From Octopus vulgaris (Eukaryota), in NCBI GenBank assembly GCA_951406725.2, contig OX597823.1:88288001-88352000 (forward strand): 64,000 bases of DNA, written 5' to 3'. Of the stretch, positions 13,364 through 28,745 are shown piece by piece. The translations under genes were made by a program, and so were the position numbers. The stretch's first letter is position 1. Each line of letters starts with the position of its first letter. Under the pieces are notes generated by a model that worked only from the letters and a program-made list of their open reading frames with translations, was not told where the DNA came from and did not search any database.

Positions 13364-14224
13364 TACAGATACACCTGATCACTCGCATACCAATAGTTGC
13401 ATATTCCCGCACAGAGGCTGGATTATCACGAATGTTTAACAGTGTGTGTCCAGTGAGAAGTTGATGTAATTCTGAGGCACTAACAGCAGCATCAGCTGCG
13501 ATAGTAACAGCATCAACAATAAGAACAACAACCCCAGCAGCTTTTCCGGCCGTAAGAGCAGAAACGGAGGCAAAAGTTGCAGAAACAACAATGGCAGCCT
13601 AAGCAGCGCAAGGAGATCGACACGGCGATATATTGGAGCAACGGGGAGACTCTTGAAGCGACGTCTAAACAGCCATAGTTCTCTTTCAGCATCTCAGCGT
13701 AATGTAACGTTATGTCTTTGGCCATTTATGCCAGGATTTTAAAAGAAGAAGTGATGCAATACGGTATTAAAAGGAAGCTCCCGGAACAATATGGACCAGA
13801 GCTTATCAGGATCAGACAACGCAAACTTTGCTTGGCGGAGAGAGAAATGATCCTCAAGAACTCGCTCAATCCGGAGGAGATAACTCCATCTCGTGCAGAG
13901 GGATGTGGCTCGTAATAATTTCGTTTCGGGGTTTTGCTCAGAAACGAGACTGGCCGACATTGTTACGTTACAGGTTATGTTTATCAGGACATCTATTTTT
14001 TTTTTAATCTAATTTAAGTCTGGCGGCGATAATGCTAGCTTCTTTATTAATTTCATTATAAATTTGTGACCCAGCTTTGGTGTATTTATTGATGATGCTG
14101 TTGTGTAGGAGTCGTGAATATGTGTTGTTTTCTACAAGGTATAACTTCTGGGTTTTATCAGAAAAAAGTTGTTTATTTTTTGGGGGAACTTTCTATGCAT
14201 TTGATATATATTTTTTCAGTTTCT

Positions 14225-14450
14225 GTGTGTGAGTGTGTCCCCTTGTGTCTGTGTGCGTCCTCCATCACTGCTTGACAACCGGTTCTGGTGTGTTTACGTC
14301 CCTGTAACATAGCGGTTCGGTAAAAGGCAGTGATAGAATAGTAGACTTAAAAATAAGTACTGGAGTCGAACTGTTCGACTAAAAGCCCTCAAAGCGATGC
14401 TCTAGCATGGCCGCAGTCAAATGATTGAAACAAGTGAAAGAAAATAAAAG
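14225..14450 (+). mobile_element. SINE family A, 3' half
   Basis: Alignment to other copies. Confidence 0.75.
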
Positions 14451-14529
14451 AAATTATATATGAATTTATGTACATACCCACACACATACATATGCATACA
14501 TATGCATGTATGTAATACATGTATATGTG

Positions 14530-14852
14530 GGAAGACCCCCTTCGGTCATGAATGACCTTGGGATTGCACCTAGAAAGTTACCCTCCAAGGCATATGTCCG
14601 GGCAAGGCTGTTTATGGAAGGTCAGCAGTGGCCCATGCACACCGGCCTCCCTTCTTCACGCCACCATTGTTTTCCAAGGGAAATGCAAAGGTCGATACAG
14701 CTTGACAGCAGTGATGTCACGAGTCATTTCTATAGCTGAGTGAACTTGAGCAACGTAAAATAAAGTGTCTTGCTCAAGAACACAACACGCAGCCCGGTCC
14801 AGGAATCGAACTCACAACCTCACGATCGTAAGCTCGACGCTTTAACCACTGA
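14530..14852 (-). mobile_element. SINE family D: tRNA-like head plus CORE-like segment
   Basis: Sense cagtggttaaagcgtc..gtgagttcgattcc (B-box)..tgtgttcttgagcaagacacttt. Confidence 0.75.
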
Positions 14853-15213
14853 CACATGTATAATAGCAATATGTATGCGTTTGTCTCTTCTTATAACGAT
14901 GTATGTCGCCACTCATGGGATGTTTAACTCTATGTGTTATGAGCTATTACTATCTTCTAGAACTTATGTGCCGATGCGCTCATTTAGTGTAGGATAGATA
15001 GGTGTGTGGAAAATCACGTAATATGGAGAAATGATATATGTGTGTGTGTGTGTGCGCGTGCTTGCGTGAGCCTTGAAGTAATAACATCTAGATGCAGCAC
15101 TTGAAGACTTCATCTTCACGGAATGTTTCGAGAATGCTAGTTTACTGGTGTCAGGGTAAAATATCTGCTGATTACAACAAACCAGTGGAGCGCTTACATT
15201 CTGTATTTGTGAA

Positions 15214-15261
<48 letters not shown>

Positions 15262-18200
15262 TGTGTGTGTGTGTGTGTATCTTACCACCGCCGTAGACGT
15301 CTAAATAAATAGATTGCTATATCTGAACGAGAGAGTTATATAACTATGCAACTAATGATTCGGTTTTACACAAAATTTTAAAAAGTTTTACTCCTTAAAT
15401 GCCAATAATATTTATACTAGTTTCTCCCCAACCCCTAAACTCCATGCTTTTAATATATTGAATACATTTTTTTTCTTTTTCAAAACGCTGGTTTATAACA
15501 AATTTTGTTTATCTATCTCTAACATCACACAATGTCTACAATTCATATTCTGTTAGTAAGTCATAACGGTGTTTGCTATAAGTCTCTCTCTTTCTCTGCT
15601 GATAATTATAAATAGCCAAGTAACTGACGCCCATGCATACTTAACAAGCAACACATCCTCTGCCAGACATACAGGAATAGCAATTTCACGAAAAAAAAAT
15701 AGAAAGATAGTCGTCTTGCTGGTTAGCTGGTTAGTCCATTGTGTTTAACACAAAGTGTATGTAAAGTGTTAATTGAGATATATTTATTTAATTTTCTTTT
15801 GGTAATAACCAAGGCCGTCGGTTTCAATACCATTTCGAAAAATATGTAAAGTGTATAGATTTTAAAAAGCATACAACACAAGTAGATTATATTCGCTTCG
15901 GATATGTGCGATCCAGTTCTTGCTTTATCTTGGTGATGCAGTATTGAGAACTAGTCACATTTTAGGACAGCCACACACTTTCTATTCTTACAGTGAATAT
16001 ATACTGCGTGTGCAGTGTGTATGTATGTGTGTATATATGTGTATAGACCCGATGCAGGCAAATAAATAAAATGTGGATTAGGAAAATATATATCCAGCCA
16101 TCACATCCTTTCAATAGTGTTAAGACGTATCTAATGCCTGGGGGTTTATTTTTCAACATACTTAGTAGTAAATACAAACAAGGTTCTGCTAACGTGATAA
16201 AATAAATCCAAATGATTCGTTCGACGGCAGAGTTTAATTAAAATCCTCTGCTAATTGTTCTTCTGCTGCTAGTTTCTATAAGTTGTTTGTAGATTCTAGT
16301 CTAAAAGCAATAATACAGAGAGGAGACCATTATGTATTGGCAGGATTATATATTTTCTTACGTTGAGGAGCCAAAAACCCATAATATAGACAGAATGTAT
16401 TAAGTTCCTAAGAGAACTTATTGTTGCATCTGAAATATGCTGGTCATGCACTATGATATGGGTTGTTCAGTTTAATTAGCTACGTAAAATTGTTCTTCCA
16501 TTATCTACTGAAAAGCAATTTTGATAAAGACAAATCAATTGAAAAACGAAATGTTCTGAAATTTTCAATACATTTTTCAGTAACCATTTAAAATTCCTAT
16601 CAAGGCGTAATATTTTCAGATTTTATTGTATTCATGAAGGACACACTTGTATATACACCTATCCCACCAAGATATTGAGTTTTATGTGTCTACTAGCCAG
16701 TAAATCTGCATCGCAGCCGCTGCTTGATCATATGTTTTCTTGTGCAGGAGAGAAGTTTGATATTCAAATAACAGAGGAAGATTTTATGATAATAAAGAGC
16801 TTATAGTTCAGTTGCCCGTCATTGCTTTTTGTGCAATTGTGTATCAGCGTAATGATGCTTGTGTTGTAGTTCTGTGTGTGGTCGTGGAGTATAATTCAGA
16901 AATGTGTATTTGTGGTGTATTGTTTTTTCGGCCAGGTCAGACCACATCACTGCAGAAATGTTATCAATGGTCTTCCAGTCCCATGCAACCCGTCAGTGTC
17001 CAAAATTATGTGTGCCGTCCACTTGAGAAATATTTGAATGCCATATCTCGCTAAAAGAGTGCCTACATACGTGTGCCACCATTTTGTTGTTTGACCATGT
17101 GTTTGCCACAAATGTATTGTGTTATAAGATGCGATGTGCTGTTGGTTAATACCAAATCATCTCTAGTTAAAGAGGCCTACGATTAAAAGCTTTCCAGTCA
17201 AGACTAAACGATATATTTTCGGCTGATTTCATCCACGATTATATTATGTAGTGTAACTTTCACTTTATAAAACTGTAGCGTTTGGTTTTACTCTTTTGCA
17301 CCTGAAGTGTAGTGAGACAGTATATAATTCCTTGTTTACTCATTGGCTTTAAGCATAAATTATCTACCCTTCTTTTATCAATGTTCTACTTTCATTTAGT
17401 ACTGCATGCTTTGGTGAGGATTTGCCTTATATAGTTTGTAGTTGATCGAGCAATTTCCTTGAGATTTTCCAAGTTGTTTGTATTTGGTTTCATTGTTTCT
17501 TCGATTTCTTGTTCGAAATTTGAATGATTGAATAACAATCCTTTTGTGTAGCGCAGCCAATATTTTAGTAAGAAAAATCAGAAAACATGACAATGCAAAA
17601 GTGTGAAGAAATGCAACAAATATAATTTCATCAATTATAAAGAGTGATTTTCACCGGTGTTTCAAACTTCGGAAATGCATTTCCATTGAATTTCAAGAAT
17701 CTTCTAATGCGAATTAAGTGCATTTTCAATGCGCAGTAATTATTCTCACCTTAAGTATTCTATCCGTAATTCGTTATATTAAATTCATGCATCGATTCTG
17801 CATTGTTTCGAAGCACATTTCCAAAACGAAAGCCACACCTTTTTCAAAGAAATACATAGTGTTTACAGCTGATGTTTTTTTTATATTTAAAGTTGTAAAG
17901 ACCTGAGTATCAATTTCTTAGGAATTGGTACTACAAATGTCCAAAGCGGCAGCAAGATAGAATAATGCATGGGCGCACACGAAAACATTGTACGGGAAAG
18001 AAAGTAGTGAAATATCGTGCTTAACGATGCGTAACGAAATAGGTTAAAAAGAAAATATGTTAAGGATATGCATCATTAAGATTTTCGGAATAGGATCTTT
18101 TTCCAGTTATGCTCGTTTTATAATCTAGCAGTGAAGGATAACTAAACTAAGCGTAAAACTGGGCTCTGGTCGTCAGAACACAACACTGACCTTGTGAATG

Positions 18201-19399
18201 AGTCAACTGGTTTTTCTAAAGATCGCAAGGAATTCTATAAACAACTAAAATCGCTAATATCAAGAAAGAAAAGTGGAAATAAAATTAAGAGCTTGTTTAA
18301 TGCTAAGATGGATGAAACTGTGAATGAAGATTGTAATAGAAGGTTTTATTTCAGCATTTATCATTATCATGAGAAGAAATGAAGAGGAATGAATGCAACC
18401 AAGCAAGCAGCTCTGAGCTGGAATTAAATGTTTAGAGGCCACCAATGACAATATAAATGTTTTGCGCAGGATAACATCAGCCATCGTTTCAATAAAAGCT
18501 GTAAACTTTTTATATGATTTTATTCTCAGATGTCGAATTGTCCACAGTTGAATCGTGAATTAAGGAGGTTTTCAATGATTTTATTACATATTTCACACAA
18601 GATCTGTTGGTTTTATGCTTCGCTGATTTACTGTTATGGAGGCAGCGAACACGATGAACTATGATCAATCAACGACGTGTTAGATCTTCAACGTAATTGT
18701 CAAGCATTGAGTGACATGTTAGGAGAATTATTAAACAACTACGCATCTCATATAAAGGCATCTTTCTATCTTTCTTAAAAACAATCAATGAAACACAAGA
18801 GAACAGAGAATTCCATTTTCAAACAAAATTGTCTAATCTTCTCACTATCGGATATTTTCATTTGACAGTCTAAATGGTTTCCTAAACGATCGCCTTGCTT
18901 TGTTGTCTCCTAATATTATGACGTCATTCTACCCATTATCAAACCAAAGGCCGAAATGTTATCTGGCAGAAAGTTTCCCCCATCGTAAACGTATTTTCGA
19001 ATATTATTCTGTTGTGTAATTCCCAATGCAACAAAATACTCTTTACGCTCGTTAATAATAATGCTGTATAGACCTCAGCATCCAGTCTAACTGCGCAGAT
19101 CTATGATCAAAGGCGCTTCAGCCATGACATTCGAGATATTTCAAGGCACACATGTATTAATGTGTCTTTGTGTCAGCAGTCACCATATATCTATGTATGT
19201 ATGCATCTATGTATGCATGAATGTATGTATGTATTATGTATATTTGAAAATATACATGCATGTATGAATATAAGTATGTATGCATGTATATATATATACA
19301 TATACAAACGTATGCACAAACACTGACACACGCTTACATATGTGTATATACATATATTTATGCATATATGTATATGTATATAAATATGTATGTTTATAT

Positions 19400-19853
19400 A
19401 TATATGTACATAAATGTGTATATTTATATGCACAAATGTGTATATATACGTATGGATATATATATATACCATATATGTAAATATATATATATATATATAC
19501 ATAAATGTGTATATTTATATGCACATATGTGTATATATGCGTATGGGTATATATATACAATATATGTAAATATATATATATGTATATGTACATAAATGTG
19601 TATATTTATATGCACATATGTGTATATATGCGTATGTGTATATATATACAATATATGTAAATATATATATATATATATATATATGTACATAAATGTGTAT
19701 ATTTATATGCACATATGTGTATATATACGTATGGGTATATATATACAATATATGTAAATATATATATATATGTATGTACATAAATGTGTATATTTATATG
19801 CACATATGTGTATATATACGTATGGGTATATATATATACAATATATGTAAATA

Positions 19854-19865
<12 letters not shown>
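19400..19865. repeat. Minisatellite of ~90-97-bp period built from TA-rich microsatellite, ~5 copies
   Basis: tacataaatgtgtatatttatatgcac recurs at about 19407, 19498, 19588, 19686 and 19777. Confidence 0.85.
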
Positions 19866-19886
<21 letters not shown>

Positions 19887-20957
19887 ATGTCTATAGGCAT
19901 TCTCACACGAATGACTCGATGTCTGACTCAAACTTACATCCTTTTTCTCACACATTTCACTATCAGACACAAATATTCGATTTATTAACCGAAAGTTATG
20001 TCTGATATTTTGAATTGAATATCTTAGCAACATCAAAATTTGTACCTAAGATAGCAATCTTCAGAATTCATTGAGACTGATTTTTTCCATTTCACATCAT
20101 GACTGTTGATAAATTTTCTTATCGAAATATAGTTGCAGGCAGTTAATCTTTCTCAACAAAAGACTGTCTCCAACTTCTGTATAAATCAATAACTCTTTGG
20201 CTAGATATCGAATGTAATATTTAAGGACTAACTAACAATACATTTTCTGAGTCTGGTTCGATTTAAGTCTGTGGTCATTTTGCATCATTGTAATAAAAAG
20301 TACAATTCCCAAACTTATACATATTACAACAAAGTTATTCCACTGTCTTTTTTTATATGACCCTTTTGTTCTACGTCCAGAATACAGTAAATATTAATGT
20401 TAGATGTGTAAATCTAGTTGAAATTATACAATGGAATTATAGAGCGGAATAGCAATAAAAACCAATATTGGCGTCATCTGTTTTCACTCTAGCGCTCTTC
20501 TCTGGATCTAAAATCTTATGTTCTGAACAGAATGAAAATACAGTTCTATCAAATTTATTGTCCCTCTAACAACGCTTGTGGTGTAAGCGAATAAAAGGTT
20601 ATTCCTCTGAGATTGGAATCCAACTCAGAAATTTCCCTTTTAATCGCTTGTAACCTTATATTCAGTACGTAATACTAAATTTCGATATAATATTTCAAAG
20701 TTACAACCTTGCACGAGCAGAAATATTTTAGGAGAGATTAAAGACTGTTGAGTTTAACTTGGTGTATTCATAGTTATGCGCGTTCTTAGACATAAAAATA
20801 CCAGAATCATTTACATTCGGTGTGAGTGTAGAGGGATGAAGCAAAATACTAAGCACGTTAATTCTTAATTGAATTATTTCTAGTAACAAATCTCTATTGT
20901 ATTTCGCTTAGGTTAGAAAGTAAGCGATACTGGACTCATTTGATTGCTACGATATAC

Positions 20958-21542
20958 TTTTCTACTCTAGGCACAAGGTCCGAAATTGGGTACGGGGCCA
21001 GCTGATTATATCGGCCCCAGTACGCAACTGGTACAAAATTTATTGACCCAGCAAGGGTGGAAGGCAAAGTCGACTTCGGCGGAATTTGAACTCAGCGTAA
21101 AGACAGACGAAATACCTATTTCGTTACTACCCACAAGGGGCTAAACACAGAGAGGACAAACAAAGACAGGCAAACGGATTAAGTCGATTATACCGACACC
21201 AGTGCTTAAGTGATACTTATTTAATCAATCCCGAAAGGATGAAAGGCAAAGTCGACCTCTGCGGAATTTGATTTCAGAAAGTAGCGGCAGACGAAATACC
21301 ACTAAGCATTTCACTCGGCGTGCTAAAGTCTCTTTTCTAACCGGCACAAAGACCGAAATTTTTGGGAAGGGGGCAATCTATTAGATTTACTCCAGTACGC
21401 AACTGGTACTTAATTTATCGACCCCGAAAGGATGAAAGGCAAAGTCGACCTTGGCGGAATTTGAACTCAGCGTAAAGACAGACGACGAAATACTGCTAAG
21501 CATTTCGCCCGGCGTGCTAACCTCTCTGCCAGCAAGCAGCCT
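20958..21542 (-). mobile_element. SINE family B trimer with mixed tails
   Basis: Three tandem bodies (aaggcaaagtcgac..cggaatttga at ~21062, ~21243, ~21437). Confidence 0.85.
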
Positions 21543-21733
21543 TTAATTTCTACAATATCAGTTGTTGAGAAAATCTTCCATTGAGTCAGCTTTCATTTTC
21601 AGTTCACTTGTCTTTGGTATCAAATATTAACCTAAACAATTGCATCCATCCGTGATACATGGTGTTTTTTTTACACATTCTGCTTTCTTGTTTTTCTAAC
21701 GTTTCACGTAGACAACCACACTGTCTTTAAAGT

Positions 21734-21955
21734 GATAGTACGTTGTCAACTTAATGTGACAGTCCCATGAAAGGGAAGAATGCTACTGTTATTTAACTCT
21801 AGGAAACACCGTTTCTTATCGAACTAGACACACTTCTTGTGTCCTTATGTTGCATTCTTCCCTTTCATGGGACTGTCACATTAAGTTGACAACATACCAT
21901 CAAGTTACCGTGCTGCTACTGCATAAATCTCTCTGAGAGATTTAGAAATGTGTTA
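21734..21955. repeat. Inverted pair of fragments of the 47442-47898 repeat family (42-bp perfect arms at 21742-21783 and 21852-21893)
   Basis: gttgtcaacttaatgtgacagtcccatgaaagggaagaatgc and its reverse complement. Confidence 0.85.
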
Positions 21956-23497
21956 TATCTCTTCACGCTACCTTTGTTCTTAATGATGTTAACCTTTAGA
22001 CCAATGCTGATCAAACAAAGTTGTATTCGAAAACATTGTTGCTAAGGAATGTCTATAATTTCTTTTGCAGTTAATTGGGTTATACTTTCAAATTTTTGCT
22101 TTCGTTATTTAGGAACAAAGGATGTAACTTCAATATTTAACTGTTATTTCTAGCATTCTATTGACCACACATTTACTCCCTTGTTGAGTCACGTCATCTT
22201 CGCAGTTGTATTTTCCCCGAACAACCAAGATTGCAGCAGTTCTAACTACTGACCACACCCAGAGTTGCATAGTGATGTATTAAATGGAATTAAATATCTG
22301 CGCCGTATGTTTAATGTTCTGCATTCAGAAAAAAGTACCCCGAAGATATTTTCATAGATTTTATCAAGAAATGGATATCTAAATACATCATGCAACCGAG
22401 AACGAATGTGTTTTATACGCCTCTCCAGAACGATTAAACTTTTTTAAGTGATGTGGTTTGGCTTCACTCACGAATTCAAACTACGCCATACATCAAACTA
22501 CACCATAAGTTCATAAAACCACACCGCAGTTACTCACCTTCTAATCATCTCTATGTGATAAATAACCCTTTGCCACCCACAGTTTTTTTTTTTTATTTCT
22601 TTACATAAACGTGTCTATAAAATTTCAACAACCACAGATCAGTGAGAACAGGTCAAGTGATAAGATCATTAAGATAATAAGGAAATAAATTTTTAGCGTA
22701 ATTATACTCTCCGACATGCTGCACAGATTCCGTTGCACGATGTTTTTATCTTGTGTTAGGTTGTTCGTATTATGTTTTTCATGCAGTGCCTTCATAGGTC
22801 GATGCTACTCTATCTGTAAGTGTTTTGTTTTGTGTACGAGTGTAATTTATAACAACACAACGATAACAAAAAAAAAACTGCAATTTACTGATTTACGTTA
22901 GTTTGCTGAAGATCACGAGATAATTGCATAACATTTTAAAACGAGTTAACAACACCTTTTCGTTTGCTTCATTTAGTCTAAAACTTTATTTAGACTGAAA
23001 ATATGAATCTTCTGTATGATTATAATAACGAGAATCTACTTAGGCAATCGACATTTGTTATTGCTCAGATTGAAATTTCGTCGTTTCAAACGCTGTGTCC
23101 GCTGGGCTCTAAGTAGGTTCACTGGATATTAAGGCACTACGATGTCATCGTCTGCCACGATTACTGTTTAATTGTCTCCACTCACATTGGGAAGGGAGAT
23201 TCTCTCACATCTTTTATGACAAGATATGATATGAGGGGAAGTTAACTGCTTGTACTTGTAGACTGTACAGTTTATTGGAAGCTTTCTAGATTCGAGGTTT
23301 TGGTTTGCCCTACCAGCTATTTTATCTCTTTCAGAAATAAAAGACGATGCACTCAATAACATGTAGATTTTTCTCTTAAGAAGACATGTGTTTCATTCGC
23401 TTAATTGTAAATTACACAAAGAGAGGAGATATTAAAGCAATATATATAATTATGTTTATATAGGTAGAAAGAGACACTGGAAGAGAAGACAAGATTG

Positions 23498-23593
<96 letters not shown>

Positions 23594-24742
23594 AACTGCG
23601 TGAGAAATTCCCAAAGCTGAGCTATTTGGTCTGACAATCCTACGAGTTTAAGCTTTGAAAAGCATTTGTTTCACGCTCTAACGATTCCTCGAAATGACCT
23701 CTTTGTGAAACAAAACGTCTCGCAATTATTTCGTGGCGATCATTTACTTTCTGAGGTCAAATGCTCTCCAAGTCAAGTTCGCCTTTCATCCGTTCGTAGC
23801 CGTTAAGTTCAAGTTAAGTTCTTGCTCCTTGTTTACTCCACCATCACCAAATTTACAGCAATTTAGATAAGATTAACTCATATAAAATACGTATTATAAT
23901 TGTATTACCGTGAATATAGAGACAATATCTATAGTAAATTTCTAGGTAGGATGTTTTTCCTCTGGCGAATCGTGATCGATAATTCTTAATAGAATTATCC
24001 TTGCCTGTATTGAAGTTTGGATGAATTAAGTTCCCGGAAAAGTTGATTAACTACCAAAGTATGAACTCCACACATTACATTTCAATCTTCTTGAGTGAAT
24101 GTATCAAATCTGACTCTCAGTGTCTACTTCGCATTTATTGTAACACCGAATGAGTAAAAATAAAGACCCAGTTTTAATCTATGTGAGAAAGGTTTATTTC
24201 CATCTCATTGTAGACGATTTGTAATTAAAAGGTTTATCATGACTACAAGTAGTATATTTTCACAAGAATACAAGAGATTTATATCGTATTTTCAAGGTAT
24301 CAAACGTTATCTGATAATTTATAATATGTTTAAAATGAAAGGATGCAATTAGTAAGCAAATGTCTTAAGGTTGGCGTGATTGCTTTGCCAGCTGACGGCA
24401 TATCGTATTCCAAAGCGAGTGAATTTATACGATGATCGGAAATATTAAATACATTCACCTATTTTAACGCATTGCAACTATTTCCTTTATCACATTCTTT
24501 ACGCAAGCAGACTAATTACATTATATTAAATTAACTCCTAAGACTAATTATATATCGCTTATTATCTGATTATCAGAGGCATCTGTAAGATAACACTGAG
24601 CAATTGGTAAAATATGTTTACTGAGGTCATGTTAAAAGCAAGCGGAATGCAGTTTTCGAACTCACTATATTCACGCCATTCTACGCTATTGTCGTCGCTG
24701 TTGTTGTTATGTTTACTTTAGTTGTTTTTGTTGTACTGTGAT

Positions 24743-24975
24743 TACTCTTACTCTTTACTCTTTTACTTCTTTCAGTCATTTGACTGTGACCATGCTGGAG
24801 CACCGCCTTTAGTCGAGCAAATTGACCCCAGGACTTATTCTCTGTAAGCATTGTACTTATTCTATCGGTCTATTTTGCAGAAACGTTAAGTTAGGGGGTC
24901 ATATACACACCAGCATCGGTTGTCAAGCGATGCTGGGGGGACAAACACAGACACACAAATATATTCACATATACT

Positions 24976-25020
<45 letters not shown>

Positions 25021-25182
25021 GACGAGCTTCTTTCAGTTTCCGTCTACCAAATCCACTCACAAGGCTTTGGTTTGCCCGAGGGTATAGTAGAAGACACTTG
25101 CCCAAGGTGCTACGCAGTGGGACTGAACCCGGAACTGCGTGGTTGGTAAGCAAGCTACTTACCACACAGGCATTCCTACGCC
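24743..25182 (-). mobile_element. SINE family A, full length
   Basis: Alignment to other copies. Confidence 0.88.
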
Positions 25183-25623
25183 TATATGATTTAATTGTAT
25201 TCTTTTTTAACTACCTTTATTTTGTGAGCTCAAATTCCGCCGAAGTTGACTTTGCCTTTTGTTCATTTGGGGGACGATAAAATAAATCTCATGTACCAGT
25301 TGAACACTCGGTTTAATGTAATCTACTTATCTTCATCCCCCAAAATTTCTGGGGTTGTGCTAAAACTAGAAGCCCTTTATTTTTAACTCCACAAGGCAGT
25401 GAACTGGCCAAATGCTTAAAGACATTTGCTGCGTATCTTTACGTTCTCAATTCAGACTCCGCAGAGGTTGACTTGACTTCTCCTTACTTTGCGTTCAATG
25501 AGTGCCAATCAAGTAATCAATCGATGTAATCAATTTGTGCCTTTCACCTCAACATTATGGAATTTGTGCCAAAATTAGTAACAAACTGTTCAAATGTAAT
25601 CGAGCAAACACGTTGCTCCAAAC

Positions 25624-26088
25624 ATGTTCAGTCAATTCTGTGCGTGCATGTGCGTGTAGAGGTGTAGAGTGAGAGAAAGAATGAATCAGTCAGAATAAGA
25701 AGTAGATTCAAATAGTAGAATATATATATATGTGCATATATATACATATATATATATTTGCATATATGTATATATATATCTATGCATATATATATACATA
25801 TATATATGTATATATACATATATCTATGTATATATACATATATCTATGTATATATACATATATCTATGTATATATATATACATATATGTATATGTATACA
25901 TATATGCATGCATATATATATATATATATCTATCTATACATATATATATATATACATATATGCATACATATATATATATATATATATAACATATATGTAT
26001 ATATATATACATATATGCATGCATATATATATATATATATAATATATGTATATATATATACATATATGTATATGTATACATATATGCA

Positions 26089-26130
<42 letters not shown>

Positions 26131-26236
26131 TGTATATGTATACATATATGCATGCATATATATATATATATCTATGTATATATATATATATATATATATC
26201 TATGTATATATATACATATATGCACATATATATATA

Positions 26237-26271
<35 letters not shown>

Positions 26272-26456
26272 ATATATGTTCAGTCAATTCTGTGCGTGCA
26301 TATGCGTGTAGAGGTGTAGAGTGAGAGAAAGAATGAATCAGTCAGAATAAGAAGTAGATTCACATTGTAGAATATATATATCCATATATGTATATATATA
26401 TATCCATATATGTATATATATATATGCATATATATATGCATATATATATATATATA

Positions 26457-26532
<76 letters not shown>

Positions 26533-26570
26533 TATATATATATATATATGCATATATATATATATATATA

Positions 26571-26620
<50 letters not shown>

Positions 26621-26761
26621 TATATATATGCATATATATATATATGCATATATATATATGCATATATATATATATGCATATATATATATGCATATATATA
26701 TATATGCATATATATATATATGCATATATATATATATGCATATATATATATGCATATATAT
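25624..26761. repeat. Tandem duplication of a ~97-bp unique segment plus TA-rich array (offset 652 bp)
   Basis: atgttcagtcaattctgtgcgtgca..gtagaat at 25624-25720 and 26276-26372, with 3 differences. Confidence 0.9.
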
Positions 26762-27810
26762 ACTTTGATACTCTGATACTTTGATAGGTTTCGGCCATTA
26801 TTGGCCCAGGCCATGTCTAACTTAATAGCACCACCTAGTGAAGTCTTTCAAGTCATAATTTGGGCACTATGGCCCACTCAAGTAGAGAGTTATTGTTTAC
26901 AGAGACATATCCGGGTGTAGGGGGTTTATCCGGGATTTCTTGAAGGAATCTGTCCAAAGACTTCTTGAACCCTATAGGGTCAGTTTCTGTTTTAATGTGT
27001 TTTGGTGTAATGTTAAAGAGAGCGGGGCCAATTGAGGTGAAATAATTGTGCCGTATTGTTGTTATGAGATGAGAGTGCGATTTTTGTTTTGGGCGGATGG
27101 CACGGGGCCCAAGCCTTGGATGTACCTTAAAGGTGATGCCAACATCATTTGGGCAATGCTGATGGAATATTTTCCACATCATGCAGATGATGTAGCGCTC
27201 ACGACGACGTTGGAGAGAATAGAGTTTTAGCTTTTCTAGTCGACCCCAATAGTCGAGGCCTGTCATGCCATCTATCTTTTTTGTGATTGCCCTTTGAGGT
27301 GCTTCGACTTTTATGATACCTTGTATTGTGTGGGGAGACCACAGTGGACAACAGTATTCAAGGTGGGGTCGGGCAAAAGTGGAGAAGAGAAGGATAATGG
27401 TGTGGATATCTCTCGACTGGAAAGTTCTGAGAATCCAGGAACACATTCTGCGGGCCATGTCAACTTTGGTGTTTATATGAGTGGCCCAGCTTACGTTGTT
27501 GTCCACAATTACTCCCAAGTCTCTGATGTTGTTGGACGCCACGAGAGTTTCACCTGAAGGAAGGGAGTATGGGAGTTTCAGGGCATCCTCTTTTCCAAAG
27601 TGGATTAGCTCAAATTTATCCTCGTTCAGCAGCATATTGTTTTTTTCTGCCCATTGGATAACAGCCAGTAGATCTGACTGAAGGCATGTCCGGTCACTCG
27701 CCTCATTTATGACCTTCTGTAGCTTGGAGTCATCTGCAAAGATTTTTATGTTGCTGTGCTTGATGATGTCATTAATGTCATTAATGTAAATGATGAAAAG
27801 AAATGATGAA
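26762..27810 (-). mobile_element. 5'-truncated CR1-clade LINE: RT C-terminus, short 3' UTR and (ATCAAAGT)-type tandem tail
   Basis: [43 protein letters not shown] in an open frame to the stop at 26853. Three 8-bp tail repeats at 26762-26786. Embedded in a (TA)n/TGCA satellite. Confidence 0.92.

Positions 27811-28745
<935 letters not shown>

Noticed and set aside
17900-18560. Possible Tc1-like transposase remnant (GSGR-like codons near 18160)
   Set aside because: No DDE motif or TIRs that I could identify.
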